A stretch of 36,486 nt of DNA from Parasitella parasitica NRRL 2501 (GCA_025201805.1 MU619304.1:1-36486); one strand, 5' to 3'; shown: positions 11,021-24,844, numbered from the stretch's first letter. Numbers and translations: made by a program. Notes: generated by a model from the sequence alone, not told the origin.

Positions 11021-13139
11021 ATGACTTCACATCAATATCGCCCAATTCCTTCTGAGCTTACCGTTCCTGAATCAGAATGGGAGACGACATTGGAAAATAA
11101 TGTTTCACTGTACGGCGTGAAATGGATTAAAAAAATATCAAGGCTAGACAAACTGTAATTGCCAATGACGAAAGACCTGACAAAAAAAGAAAGGTAGTTA
11201 ATCTCTATTTCTGGCATGCTACCTTTGAATGCCATTGAGCTGGAGAAAAGCGTAATAAGATGGCCAAAGGATCAATCACCAAAGGGAGTGCATCAGGTGT
11301 TGTTCGTGATCTCCAAAAGCCAAGCAAAAATATTAATTGTAGTGCTAAACTCAAAGTAATCTGTTACAAAAACAATCCTGGTTATGCAACCTTCATTTAT
11401 ACTGGAGAACATAATCAAGATGTTGGAGGGTTGAATGATTTACAACATTTGCCATTATCGAAAGAAGCAAGAGAACTAATTGAGCAACGATTAAAGGAGG
11501 GCCTTTAGCAAAAGGCAAACAAGAATTGCCATCCAGACGAATTATAACAAGTTCATTATAGAGAATCAAGTGCTGGCTGGCCTTGATAATTCGACTTCTT
11601 CCCTGATTCATCGAGATCAAATGGTTCATGCAGATGAGATTTACAACATCTACAAAAAAATCCAAGAAAAATTTTATTTGAAAGCAAGAGACCAGAAAGA
11701 GTCCGTAAAACTTTGGCTACAAGAATCATCTTCACAAAAAGGATACGTTACCTTTCTGGGCACTGATTTCAACTCTAATTACACCTTTGGCTTTGCATCT
11801 TCATGGCAAAAAGCATTATTGTCCACATCAATACCACTTTGCTTAGATGCAACCCACTGCGTTACAAGTATCAGCCAAGGTATCTTGTATAGTATTGTGA
11901 TTAAGCATCCGTATACGGGTACAGGATGTCCTGATGCGTATATGTACACAACTGATCACTCTATGCAACCAGTAGCAGCCTTTTTACGTTTTGTAAAAGA
12001 GCAAATTGCCGTGCCAAACTTACAAAACATTACAATAGATGTCAGTGCTACTGAGCATGGTGCCGTTAACGAAGTATTTTCTGGAGTTAGCGTCCAATGG
12101 TGCTTGTTTCACGCCGCAAGAGCTTGGATGGCAAAGATACGAGACACCGTTAAGCTGGGTAGCACGGCTCAGAATCAACAAGTTCACAGGGCAATGATTG
12201 CACAGTTGGAGAGTATGATGTGGGAAAAGAGTCCGGATGCATTTGTCTTCAAATGACAAATTTTCTCGAAGTGTTCCATCAATACACAGAATTCTTGATT
12301 TACATGGACACATACTACTTTGCACAAGGGAAGTATCAGCACTGGTGTGCTGCATATCAGCCGCAAATGTTTACAAATATGGAGACCAATAACTCCGTTG
12401 AAAGTTGGCATAACCAACTAAAAACCTTATACCTTGGAAGAAAACGTAACAGACGTATTGACCGCTTGATTTACATCCTTGTCAATGATATTGAACCGGA
12501 TTTTATCCAGAATACTGATAGAATTCGCTTAAATATAGGAAGGATGGGACTGCAAGAAAGATTACGCCGACAAAGAGAAATGGCGGCTGAAGCAATCAGT
12601 GTCGCGATTCTTGAGTTTATGGTTGTAGAGTTGCTCAACGACAGCGAAACTCTCAAATTTGCTATCCAGTCTTTCACAACAGAATATGTTCACTATAAAA
12701 TCATTGTCCAAAATGAAGAAATGCGATCAAGCGCTTGTCTAGACTTTTAATGGAACCAAACAGCTTGCAAGCATATGTATTTGTTAAAACGTTGGCGTAG
12801 AGACCTCATGGTTTATGAATGTAATATTCTACAGTCAAAACCCAAAGATTAGCGAGCTAATGTGTTCTAATAGTACCAAACCTTATACCCACTGTGCAAA
12901 GAACACCAGGAGATACCACTGTTATCAATCCTTTGCCTCCCCAAACTGCTGATAACAGAATAGATGGCTGTATAGCCAACATCTCACCTTTTATAAATAC
13001 TTTGAAATTTGACAACAACATAAACTTGAATGACGATCAAATCCGGCAATTAGAAACAGCGACAAATATGTTAAGAGGCGTACCTCCTACCATTACTGAT
13101 ACAGCTACAAACAGTAATCTTACCACCCAACGAAGATAA
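11021..13139 (+). mobile_element. Mutator/MULE-family DDE transposase pseudogene with SWIM finger
   Basis: C.AKL....HN zinc-finger remnant, CLDATH (D1), ITID (D2), CLFH, TNNSVESWHNQLK (E) and a SWIM remnant ACLDF*WNQTACKH. In-frame stops at 11156, 11506 and 12748 plus frameshifts. Confidence 0.9.
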
Positions 13140-13194
13140 GCTATTAAATAAAAATAGAATATAGTTGTTGTAAAAGATAAACGTCTTCCATTGA

Positions 13195-14313
13195 CGAATT
13201 CAAGCTCGTCTTATTTTAGGAGGAAATAAGGAATTCGTAAAAACATACACACTTGACAAGAAAATAGATGCACACTTCCTTGTAGTGGCAGCAAAATGTA
13301 AAGCAAACAGCAACTCATCCGATGCAAGACAGTATCTTCAAAAAATTATTGGCTGTAGAAAGGAATTAAAAGTAATCGAGCAAGTCCTGGATATATTAGA
13401 CGAAGAAAAATTCTTATTCCAAAACATTTCCAGAACCTACTTGATAACGGAACAAGACATTGTGAGCAAGGTATGGGCACCATTGTTGAAGAAGACCCTC
13501 TCTGTAGGAGGCGACCTGGTAAGAACAAAACTCGGCAAATCTATCTCTCAATACTCTCAAGCCGAAAAGCAATTTCAATATGTCAGCATGAAGCATAGAA
13601 AGGCATTTAAAGTTGAAATCCGGTTTCTCTATGACTTGAATGGAAATGAATATAATGTCGGTGCTGGGGAAGCCGCAAAAGGAGCTATTGATGAAGCAAA
13701 TATTTTAAGTGATAAATCCAAACTTCTTCGAGAAGGAAAAGATGTTTTGGACCGCATATTAAACACAGTGATCCCTGAGGATGATGCCAAGAATGCGATA
13801 GGACACACAATTCAAATTAAAGGACTGTGTGCTCAAGTAATCTCTGTCTATTTGAACCCCACTGGACTCTATATTGCAAAACCATTATTCAAGATATATT
13901 TCCCTGCATCATTGTTGGATTTAGGTGATTTCCGTGAAGGCTTGAAAGACATTTTCCATTTTGCGCACTTATTAGAAGACAATGCCAAGTTATATGAATC
14001 AGCAACGAACTGTAGAAAAAGAAGATTATCCTACATTGGTAGTGATTACAGTACCAGAGAGTCAAAGCAACTGGGACATTCACTGCTTTCGTCAATGAAA
14101 CCAACATACTACACCCCTTCGAATGGCAACCGTACTTATTCCGTATTCAATCATTCAAATACTCAACGATCAATGAATACCCCTTCACCCGAGCCTACTG
14201 TAGAAGAAAATAAACTCGAAGCTGATGAAAATGGCTGGGTGTTACTGCAAGATGGAAAATGGTTTCATCATGAAGCTATGATTACTTTGGATACCAGCCC
14301 TTATGAGGAATAA
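13195..14313 (+). pseudogene. C-terminal part of a PD-(D/E)XK-like (CR-REase-type) gene, no own ATG start
   Basis: Open frame with TEQDIVSKVWAPLL, GKS, FKVEIR, EYNVGAGEAAK, DKSKLLREGKD, IQIKGL and GLYIA..FP..L, the motif series I recall from the expanded Mucorales nuclease-like family. Putative acidic catalytic residues appear substituted. Confidence 0.6.
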
Positions 14314-15465
14314 GATGAAATGGCACGCTATTTGGCAATTATGGTCAAAGTTGGAATAGAAAATATATATTTAGTCGTATATAAATGTTATTTCATGTTT
14401 ATCATAAAAAAAAAAAAAAAAAGACCCCTTTTTTTCCACTTTTGGTAATAATGTTGTTAAATACTGCTAATTGGCCAATTATCTACTGTTTGGGTTTTAT
14501 GATCTCCTTTAGGGCCAAATTACTTGAATTTTAATACATGATACATACAAAATAGCAATATTGTAACCAGCATACGATAAATATAACCTACGAAAAAGAG
14601 CTTGGCGAAACGAGCGACAAAAAGGATACTTTACATAATGTTAATGTGCCAATTTGGCTGGCTCATTGGCTTAACTCATTAGTCATCTACATGAAGGCGG
14701 GGAGCGACGGCCGTGCCTTGTGAAACACTTTGCCAAACAAAAGAAAACGTTGCATGAAATTAGTTACACCAGCTAAACTTATTTCTTGCTCTGAACACAA
14801 TCTGTATTTTTGGGATTTTTTTTTTAAAGAATTCGAGTACTGGTATCGATCACTATTGTATATAGCAAGCGCATGCACATGCATTTTTTTTATACATCTC
14901 TTGGTCAAACGTGATTGATAAAGTGCGTATATTTTGTATATTTGAGACACATGAGAACAAATCTTTTGGCTTTTAATAACCTATTGTGGGTGTTGTCGTA
15001 CGGTGGGTTGGCAGAAAAGATTATAAGCAATATAATAGAATAGCGCATAGTAATTGGTGCGACATGTTTAATCTTCTTGGCAAAAAAAATTGAACACATT
15101 TTGAATAGAGTAGTAAATGCAGAATGAGGAGTATTATAATTCAACAAATTCCTACCAGAAATCAGTACAAGTTTACGGACATCTCAATGCCATTGCAGAT
15201 AGGTAATCATTCATTGCGATGGTAAACTGATAATCCCAAATCCAAAAAAAAAAAAAAAAAAATCGACGTCGACACAGACTTTTGTGTTACCGTGCAAGAC
15301 ACAGAAACCCAAAAGATGGAAGAGTTGGACTAAATACACTAATCATTGCAATGTTTACCACGATGAAAATCTGATAAGGCCAAGAAAATAAAAACCTTTT
15401 ATTGACCACAGCAGCACAAGATATATAGCCAGGGACATGTATATGGCAGTTAATGGTTGATGGAA

Positions 15466-16534
15466 CTACTGTGGCCATCTGGGTCCCAGCCATCCTAGTT
15501 TTCCGAACGTGTTCCATAATACACTCGTCTTGTTTACGTCTATACAACAGGCTTTTTGAGCTTCAGATTTTCGAAATAGAGTGCCAGACTCACTTGCTTC
15601 TTTAGCAGCTAGTATGAGAGCCCATTTGCATTTCAAATACTGCTCTGGCGTAAGGCGAAGTGTCGCTGCAATTGCAGCTTCACCTGGATGTAATTTAACA
15701 AAGTAAGGCATAGTTTTGATTTTAAGTGGAGGCCCTAGGTAGCAGAACGGTGGAAAAAAAAAAAAAAAGAATCAGATAAATTGCCATCGTTACTGTTGAA
15801 TCTATCGTACCTTTCCATGAAATTCGAATAGTTGGCTTGCGATTAAAGGCTTCAAGGCTCGGGATCCATTCTTCTGACCCAAGGAATAGGGTTGCCTGAT
15901 CACAATCTGCACTTAAATTGTCGTAAGTGTATGCTGCACTTGTACCGGATTTCTTTATGATTTCAACCTGTTCTGTCAGGGCATTGGGCGATGGCTGTAA
16001 CGAGGGTGGCATTATTGATGATGGCGGTAATGGGCTGCTATTTTTATGCCTTTTCTCCTTTTCCTGCTCTTCTTCTGATTCTAGTTCTTCTACGTGGGTG
16101 ATACAGTCATTTCCTCGCTTTCTTTTCCTCTGCTCGCTAGATTTTGCTGCTGTAGCTGCATTGTTTTCATGATATGGTACGGTGTTTAGCATCTTTGTCA
16201 GCAGATCAAACGGCATTAGGAATGTGCCTTTGGTAGTTGATGGAGGAGATCGACTTGGGTTTGCTTGCTTTCTTTTGGTTTGGGATAGAGTACCTGAATG
16301 ACTACTACTACAAAATGAATCGAACGAAGATTCCCGCTGGCAACGGCGATATCGACCGGTATCAGAAAGAGACGAAATTGAGCATGCAGGTGGAGATGGA
16401 GGCAATGTTGCTGCATTGTAATGATCCATCAACGTCAATTTCACAAAACAAGATTCTGCATGTTGTGTAGGGGTCATTGGAGGCGAGAGGAATCTCCTGT
16501 TGTAGTGGTGGGTTCTTTTAGTAAAAAACTTCAT
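15466..16534 (-). CDS. SWIRM-domain protein (Fun19/Yor338w-like), intron 15735-15810
   Basis: ISWKG|PPL...LHPGEAAIAATLRLTPEQYL..K...FRKSEAQKACCIDVNKTS.LW..F.KLGWL, with a low-complexity N-terminus containing LSPPMTP. Confidence 0.9.
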
Positions 16535-17436
16535 GGCTGGCTAGAATTTAAAGAGAAAGAAGAGAAAATAATACACTCGAGAGGTTTTTATACTCATTCA
16601 AAACCAACAGGCAATATTTCAAGCGTAGAAAAGATTGATGCGATCGCCTACTGTTTTTTATCAGGTTCCAGATCAAATGATGCAAAAACTAGATTCCATT
16701 AATGATATGATGGCACCGTGTATTCCTAAAAAACAATCTTTGCCAAGAGGGGTATTTACTTTGAGAAATTTTGACTGACCATGTTAGGTATTAGTGCACG
16801 ACGCTAAATCCACGGCTCATTAGCTCCGAGTTCTCTCTGTTCTGGCACAATTCTGCTTTTTTTTTATGCGGATAAAACACCTATGCCAAGCAATTCTGAT
16901 ATTTTTCTTTTGTTGCTCATAAATTAAAAAAATCATTAGAACATATAGTTTGGCACATCACAGTCTTAAAGTGGGTCCAGAGCATAAATTATGCGATCAA
17001 GACATCCTCCCAAATTTTCTTGAGTCTCAACAAAAAGCAAAATGAGGATGAACGACAAAGTACTTTTTTTTTCTCTTTTATGTAAAAGAGACTCTTCAAG
17101 CCTATGCTACTCTTCACCTCATGAGCCTTTTAATCAAGTTTAGGGGAGGGGGAAGGTCGAAAAATGAATTTTTCCTTTTTAAAAATAGTCAGAATGTTTT
17201 TTAATACATATATGAAGATCTAATCATAAGAAAGTATATAATGGAACCAGCCACGAATAATTGATGATGAATGATAAATATAGACTGTGCGTCGTATGTG
17301 CGTATAGTGTGTAGGTTTTGTTGTTGCTGTTGTGTAAAAAATAGAGAGATATACGTAGGATATATATATGATAATAATAAGAAAAAAATAAAAAAATAGG
17401 GAGGAATGGTGATAGTGATGTACAGAATACGGAAAT

Positions 17437-20400
17437 CTACTCTTTTGATAGTGGTTCGGGTTCTGCTGCTACTGCTTCTTCATCCTTTTCGACTTCATCG
17501 CATTCAACATCAAACAGATAATGATAGTTAAGTATCAGATATTTTACAATGTTTTGATGATGACCCAAATTCGACATGGTGGTGGCAAACGAAGCAGGGC
17601 CAGGCGTTGGCTGTAATAATGTTGGACCAAATACAATGGCTAGATTGGTGGCGTACATATGATTTATAGCTTCGAAATCAGTAACACTAGAAAGGGAAAA
17701 GACGTGAATTCATGATTCAGATTGCAAAAAAAAAAAAAAAGAAAAATGCACTACTTACATGACAAAGTGCTCAATGAGTCTTTTGAGTAATAGATAGTTA
17801 CAATAGGGCAATTTTTTGATGACCTTTTTGATCAAATAGACTCGTTCATCATGGTTTCCAGAAGCTACACAACCAATACGTTAAATAAACAATACATGGC
17901 ACAATCGACATTGTCTACATTACCAGAAGCTGTGATGAATTCTTCATACAGTGAATAAGTTAGCAGAGGCTCGGGAAGCTCCCGCAAGAACTGCTTGAGT
18001 GCATCTGCCACTACGTTGATATCAGCCCAGTTTGAATCGCTCAGGTCGACCTTTGCAACGTCCTTGTTGAATTCAGCTTTCAGGGCAGTGACAATAGAGC
18101 CGGTACCAGCAACACGATAGATGCCCACTTCTTCCAAACCTCTGTCTTCGATCTCTTTTATACATTTGTACACCACTGCTGGTATCTTGCCGTCGCGCAT
18201 CAGGTAATCCAAAGTGACACCATAGACAGAGGTTCTAGAAGCCGGTTCAGACCTGCCACCGAAAAGAGCCTGGCGGTGTTGTTGCTGTTGCTGGTTACTA
18301 TTGTCAATGTCCAAGGATTCGGCCGCCAACACGCTCTGTCGTTTAGCCGCACCTTCTCGAGCAGCATTGTTGATATTCTGCATCCAATCATGCATGTCTT
18401 CGCGATTCATGCCCTGGAACAAATACTGACCACCCTCTTCTGTGACTATGCGGAACACAAAGTCTCGTTTGGTATATGTGCTGGCGACCGAAGTGGTCGA
18501 GTGGATCAAGTTGATGACAGTCGAGGCCTTGGTTGTAGACAGATACTGGCTCGAGGAAGCATCCATGTTGTTGGGAGGAGAGTTGGGGAATATGTGTTGG
18601 ATAGGAGCGGCTACCAGGGACTGAGGACGGAGACCACGCAAAAAGGAGTTGATACGAGGCATAACACTGTTGTTTTGACCGTGTGCTGCAGCACCGTTTT
18701 GCTGTGAGCTGCTGGATGGCTTGTTCAAGTTGGCTTTGCGATCCTGTCTCTCGACTAATCTAGCTTGCTCCACCTGTCTCTTTTGTAGCTTGTGCTGTAA
18801 TGAAAGCCAATCTTTATCGACACGGTCTCTTTCTTTAAAATCTCTTTTCAGCTTTTCCATCTGTTCAGCTATCAGTTTGCCGAACACTAGCCCACGCGGA
18901 GGCGATCTGCTTCGTAACGCAATAGCAGCCGAGCCGCCAGACATGGTCTTTTTGTTTTCTCTAGCTGCCAGCTCTTTCAGATCCTTCCAGGTGTCTCTCG
19001 ACTGGTTAGGCGAGATCAGAAACGACATATTGATCCCCTTTGTATCGATATGTCGGCCTTGCAAGTCGATTTGCGCATTGACTACCAACTGAAGGAACTG
19101 GTGCATGTAGCGACGTTTGTCGAAATTGATCAGATTGTCCTTGTTTTCAAACGTGTCTGGAACATGGAAGCAAAGCTCTATGATGCGCTCAAAAATCCAA
19201 CCAAGACTAGGAACGACCAGTTGGCTCTGGTGGTTTTGTGAAGAGGAACCAGTTGCAATTGTCGACAGGGAATACGAGGAAGACGAAAGGGTGCGAGCAG
19301 GGTTTGAGGAAGCCATCAATGCTTGGATCTTTTGTATTTGAGAAAGCAGGTTCTCCAGGGTATCCAGATTTGCATGTCCATGCTGCATAGCAACGTCGTG
19401 CCATGCTTTTGTAAATAGACGAACTTCAGGGCTCACCAAAGCGCTAGCGATAGCGTACTCGACAAAGCCAGGCACACGGCCACCCTTGGCAGACGACTCC
19501 TTCAACTCTGGAAACAAGGCCAATTTCTCGCTACAAGTCTTACTGAGCATGACAATTTGGATGAATTTCTCGATACGCAAGACGCGGATTTTGGGGTCAA
19601 TATTGAACGCAGCGATGTCGTTGATAACCCAACTACGAATAACAAAGTGCAAGCAGTACAGGTACTGGATAGATCCAGGGAATGCCAGCAAGAGGTCATC
19701 GTCTGCGAAGGCAGAAGGAGACACCACAGATCGTCGTGCACCTTCGATTGCAGAAAAGATGTCGGAAATGACGACTTCGTCAGACATGACATGATAGCTG
19801 GGCAGATGCGATGAAGGGGCATCCAAGACATGAGCCAGTGCAGCTGGCATACGAGACGTACGAGAGGATTTACGCGCAGGTAGCCAGGCATAGATATCGG
19901 CTGATTGCGCCTCAAAGACGTCAAAAGTCTGGATCCAATCTTGCATAGTGACAGCGCTGAAAAGCTGACTGACAGCATTATCCACCTGCTCCAAAAGCGC
20001 TTCTGGGGCAAATCGATCAACCAGACTCTTGGCCTCGAAATCACGGACACGGGTAGAGATTGACAAAGGAACCGCCTTGTTTGTAGCCAGCTGAAGGGTA
20101 GTGTGGTAGCGTGTAATACCGTTGGTTAGGTGCTTGTACAAGTCTTCAGCACCACGCGAGTTTTCTGGGTCAAATTCAATTGCTTTCAAATCGTAGCAAG
20201 GAGACATGCCCTTGCGGATGAATTGGTCTCCGAGCTGTCTGAGACGCACTGCGATCAAAGCTGCAATTTCGAATGCTTCAGCGTGGTTGGTTTTGACGTC
20301 TTCAGACACGTCTTCCTTGTTGTAATCTTGCAAAGGCACGCGCCATTCGTCTAAAGCAGTTCTGGCATTCTTCAAAAAGTTGGCAATGTACCGAGTTGCT

Positions 20401-21512
20401 TGTACCTCGTCCACAAAGTCGTAAGAGTGCTCTTCGACCCAGTATAGTATCAAATTGAGCACGCGCAACTGGATTTCTGCTACCCTTTTCCAATCATACG
20501 CTTCCACACTCTCGTTTGTGTTTGTCGCCTTGTCGCTGTTGCTTGCATCGCTGCTGTTGGTGGAGAAATAAGTCTCCAGAAGGATGAGCGAGTTTTTTCG
20601 TTTTGGCGAGGATTTGCATTTCGATTTGGCGTCCATGAATCGTTTACGAAGCATATCCAACAAATGGGTTGCCGAGCAGTAGACACGAAAGGTCATGAAG
20701 AACACACTAATGTACTCTTCTTCATCCATGGCAATGCGCGATGGCTGATTTTGTTGCGAGAGACCTTCAGCCAACGATATCATTTGCCACTGGTCTTTTA
20801 GCGATTCTTCGTAAGATGTAACTCCCCGTACAAGTGTTTCCACCAGCTGTTCCAGATAACCGGCTTTTACAGCTACTAATAAAGCATCCTGCTCCTCTTG
20901 ATCTATATTCAGTTTGTTATATAAGTGCCGGCTCTGTACTCTTTTAGCTATAAACCATGCTGTACCTTTTTTTAAAAAGTCAATAGAATAACTTGATTCC
21001 GTCCTTTTCAAACTGCTTGCTTCATCTGCTACAGGCTTTTCTCCTTTAAGGATAGCCGTAGCTTTGAACATCAGTCCGCCCTGCTGCACAGCCAGCAAAA
21101 GTTCGCCGTTGTGTCCATACTGAGCAGCACGGCTCTTGCGATGCGCTTCAATCAATGCTTTGGTAGAGTACGTTTTATGATGTCTATTGGAAATGAGAGA
21201 CCCCAGCCAGGTCCTGTTGTTTTCAGAGTCAAACAGATCGTATCTGCTTGATGCAGAGAGTAATCTATTGCCGTTTGACGAACTGCCAGGAGGAAAACTG
21301 TAAGTACGATGTCGGAAAGCCTTTGGAGTCAAGTCCTTGGCAGAGGACTCTTGCTCCTGTTCCTGTTCCTGTTCCTGTTCTCCTTCTCCTTGAGCTTCGA
21401 CCGCTGCTTTTTTGGCACTGCGATCCTGATCCATAAAGGATCGAAGTGATCTCACACTATTGTTGCTTCCAATTTTTCGAGGGTGGGTTCTTTTTACAAC
21501 CACTGGAAATTG

Positions 21513-21545
<33 letters not shown>

Positions 21546-24500
21546 AGAAGAAGCAGGGGAAGCGTTGCTGTTGTTTGCCGATGTATTGGTGTCAGTAGCA
21601 TTGCCGGATGATTTCTTGGATTCCAAGAGGATGCAGCTGTCCAGAATGGTGGGAAATACCAGAGACGAGGCGGAAGGTGGAGCAACATCAGTCGGGCCGG
21701 TGCTCTGCTGTTGTGATGCTGAGCTTGCCTGCCGTCCATTTAGTTTACGTCTATCAAAAACTTGTCCAAAGACTCGAGGCTCGCAAGCGAGAGAGCATTC
21801 TTGTAGATACTTGTAATCATGGGGCACAGACATCAAGTCAGTAACAGAATGTTCAAAGAAAGACTGCAAAGGACCGACCGTAGAGAAAGAAGCGCTGATT
21901 TCATCTAATGGCGTGTGCTGCTGCTGCTGCTGCTTCCATTGATCCAGGCTTGACGTAATACCCTGGTATATGCACTCACACTCCTCAAAATTAACCACAG
22001 TAGGGCTCAGCAGCTTTTTGGCGTGCTTTCTATATCTTTCCACCGACTGGCGAACAGTACCAAAAAATGGCAGCCCCTTCTCGCTATCGCTGCTGGCCAG
22101 TACCTGTGAGAATTGACATGTCGACGGGTTATCTCCCCAGTTTTCAGCCCAAATTATCTGCGAAAACAAGCCATAGTCGACCAATATGTTGACCCATTCA
22201 GTTTGCACGCACTGCACCAGCTGACGGTCGATAGCTTTCCAGGTCTCGCGAAGACGAACAATACCCACAGAGCAAACGCCCATAGCAACAGCGCACCAGC
22301 CAGTCATGTCGCCCAGTCCCTTCAAAACAGTACCGATGCGTATCCAGTGCTCCAGGAGCTGCGATCGAATCAGGATGGAGTTGTCCGACTCGTCTCGTTG
22401 TGTTTCGACCAGAATTTGATTGCGAATCAGTTTGGTCAAAAAGTGGGGGGCCATGGTTGTAAACAGCAGGGAGTTCAACATTTGTGCTGATAGCTGGGGC
22501 CGAGGTAGGTACGAAATTGGGTTCAGCAGGTCCTTTTGAAACTGCTTGTGCTTGTGGAGATGAAAGATGTAGATTTGCTGGGCAAAGCTGGTTGGGTCAA
22601 TCAAGAGAAATACAAAGGGTGTAAGTCCTGTCAGCAGAAGGTTCGACAGATTGATGGAGCTCCGGCGTTTACCATCCGCCTGATAGGCTGTGATATTTTC
22701 TACTTGGTCTTGGTCTTGGTCGTGGTTGTCGTCGTCATCGTCCTCTTCTTCGTTTGGATTCTGTACCGAGGAGATCGTCACTATAAAATTAGCATGTTAA
22801 TATTTACTGTTACACTGGGAACATATCCTCAACATGTAAAAAAATAAAAAATAAACATTCAACACTTACCAATGGTCTGTTCACATGTTTTCTGTGCATT
22901 TTGGGAAACAGTTTTGAGGACCAGCTCCTTGACATCAGCGGCATTGGCGTTCTCGGTATGGTTGTCTAGTATGTCCACCATCCCCGTAGCCACCTCCCCC
23001 ATGATATCCAACGCAAAGTGGTTGCACCAGAACGTGAATATGTCCAATACACGACCCCCGAAAGCCTTATTGGCAGTCAAGCAAGCTTTGATCTCGGACA
23101 AGACACGCGCGCCCGTTGTGAATGTTGAATAGGTCAGCAGAAACACTTGCATGTAGTGCTGATTGCTGCCAGTGCTGTGCAGTAGCTCATGGACCAATGC
23201 ATTGATAGTGCCGCCTTGAATATGGTCATGGTTTTGCTGTTGTCCATCGGACCGATCATCCCGGAAAATGATGTCTGGGTGTATCCTTTGTGTAGCGTCG
23301 TACATCCTGCTGCCATTACTGTTATCCTCCCAACCATCCTCGTCTCTGTAAAGACTACCTTCAGACCTGCTGCTGGATAAATCTTCTCTGTCGTAGTCGT
23401 CTGTGTTGTTTGCTGTCAGGCTTTGGAACTTGCTGATCCACGCCTGGCCCACCTCGCGGTGCTGCGTCGAGTAGACTCCCAAAATCGATGGCCGGTTCAG
23501 GTTCTGTATGTTGAACAGGAGAAGTCCGTTGGAATGCGAATGGTTGTAAAAAGAATCAGATTGCATCGAGTAAAAGGAAGACGGTAGAGTGGGCGTGATG
23601 GTCGAAATCATATTTTCCGCCTTCAGTTTGCTCAAGGATATCTTTGTGTCGATTTTCCACAGCGTAGAGCTTTGGTCTGGATGGGCGCATATGTATAGAC
23701 TGTCGTTCATGATGATGAGGTGGACGAGCTGCTTCTGTTGCATCGTCACTTGATTCAGCTCCATAAAGACGGCACCTATCGCAGTGGATGGTTGGTAGTG
23801 CTGTGCGGGGAAAAACACTTGCTGTGCTTCTCGGTCGAAATCGCTACGAGCCAGCACAGTCCAAGTGTTTGTGTGGGAGGCAGTGTTGGTGGTTGTGATG
23901 CTGGAAATGCTGCTGTTGGAGAGCGAAAACGACGACTGCTGGCTAGCGAGACTATGGTTGCTCTGCAGTTGCTTCAGCGGATGAGTGGGTGATGGAAACA
24001 GGGACCGAAGAGGCGATTCTGTCGTTAACTTGTACAGATACAGCTTGTGTCCTCGCAATACAACTCGATACAGCTTCCATCCACGGTCGAGCTTTGTCTG
24101 TTTGTGGAACGGCTTGAAATCTGTCTTTTTGAACAAGTACCCCTCCTTGATGATGATCATGCTCGTCCGCTTTTCCGTCGTGTTTGCCTTTCTCTCGCTG
24201 CCATGGCCCATGCTCGATGTTGTGGTTGAATTTCTGCGACGCACGACAACGGGCGCTGACGACGCGTTGAGTGGGGAATCGGTAGTAGTTGCAGTTACGG
24301 TGTTATTGTTATTGTTATTGTTGTGGTTGATGTTGATTGGTTTGGTGGCGGATATAGCTAGTGGCATCTCAGTTGTTTGTGCCAACAATGAATCTATCCC
24401 CATCATCGACATGGGCCTCGTTGTTCGACTCAGCATTCTCTTAGTGGTGCTCGCAGGCGACGAGGTGTTTGACGAGGATGTGTTGAACTCGGAGCTGGCA

Positions 24501-24844
24501 GAATGCTCGTCAAATGAACAAGCTAGCTGCTTTTCCGCAAGATGGGCGGTGGTGGCCAGGTTGTCGATGGACCATGAGTTTGTGTTTATTGCAGAATGAG
24601 TCGACGATGTGGAATGACGAGGACTAGTGTTTGTCGCAGCTTGAGTGGTAGTGGTGGTGGTGGTAGTGGTGGTAGCGGCGGTGGTAGTGGTGGCAGCAGT
24701 AGTTGGCTGTTGCTGGGGTAACGAGGGCTGGTTATGAGTGAAAAATCTATTCTTTAGAAATGAAAATGCGCTACGATGGTTTTCATCCTCTGCTGAGCTA
24801 CGTGGCGATGTAGGGCTTCCTTTGGTTTTCTTTGATTTCATCAT
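17437..24844 (-). CDS. Bem2-like multidomain GTPase regulator (PH, REM/RasGEF modules, PH, RhoGAP)
   Basis: PH (KEGYLFKK..GWKLYRVVLRGHKLYLYK), REM (GGTINALVHEL, FLLTY), CDC25-like (LPFFG, NLINFDKRR), PH C-terminus (YTKRDFVFRIVTEEGGQYLFQ), RhoGAP with arginine finger (GIYRVAG, LKQFLRELPEPL, NLAIVFGPTL). Introns 22781-22869, probably 20903-20965, 17865-17923 and 17687-17758. Confidence 0.88.
21513..21545 (-). repeat. CAG microsatellite encoding polyglutamine
   Basis: (TGC)n run on the + strand gives a poly-Q tract in the Bem2-like ORF. Confidence 0.9.

Noticed and set aside
10729-13229. Terminal inverted repeats for the MULE
   Set aside because: The reverse complement of the right end does not match the left end at either candidate junction.
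18200-24599. Many antisense and alternate-frame ORFs over the Bem2-like gene (also over the kinase and transposase)
   Set aside because: These are shadow ORFs expected from codon bias and carry no motifs.
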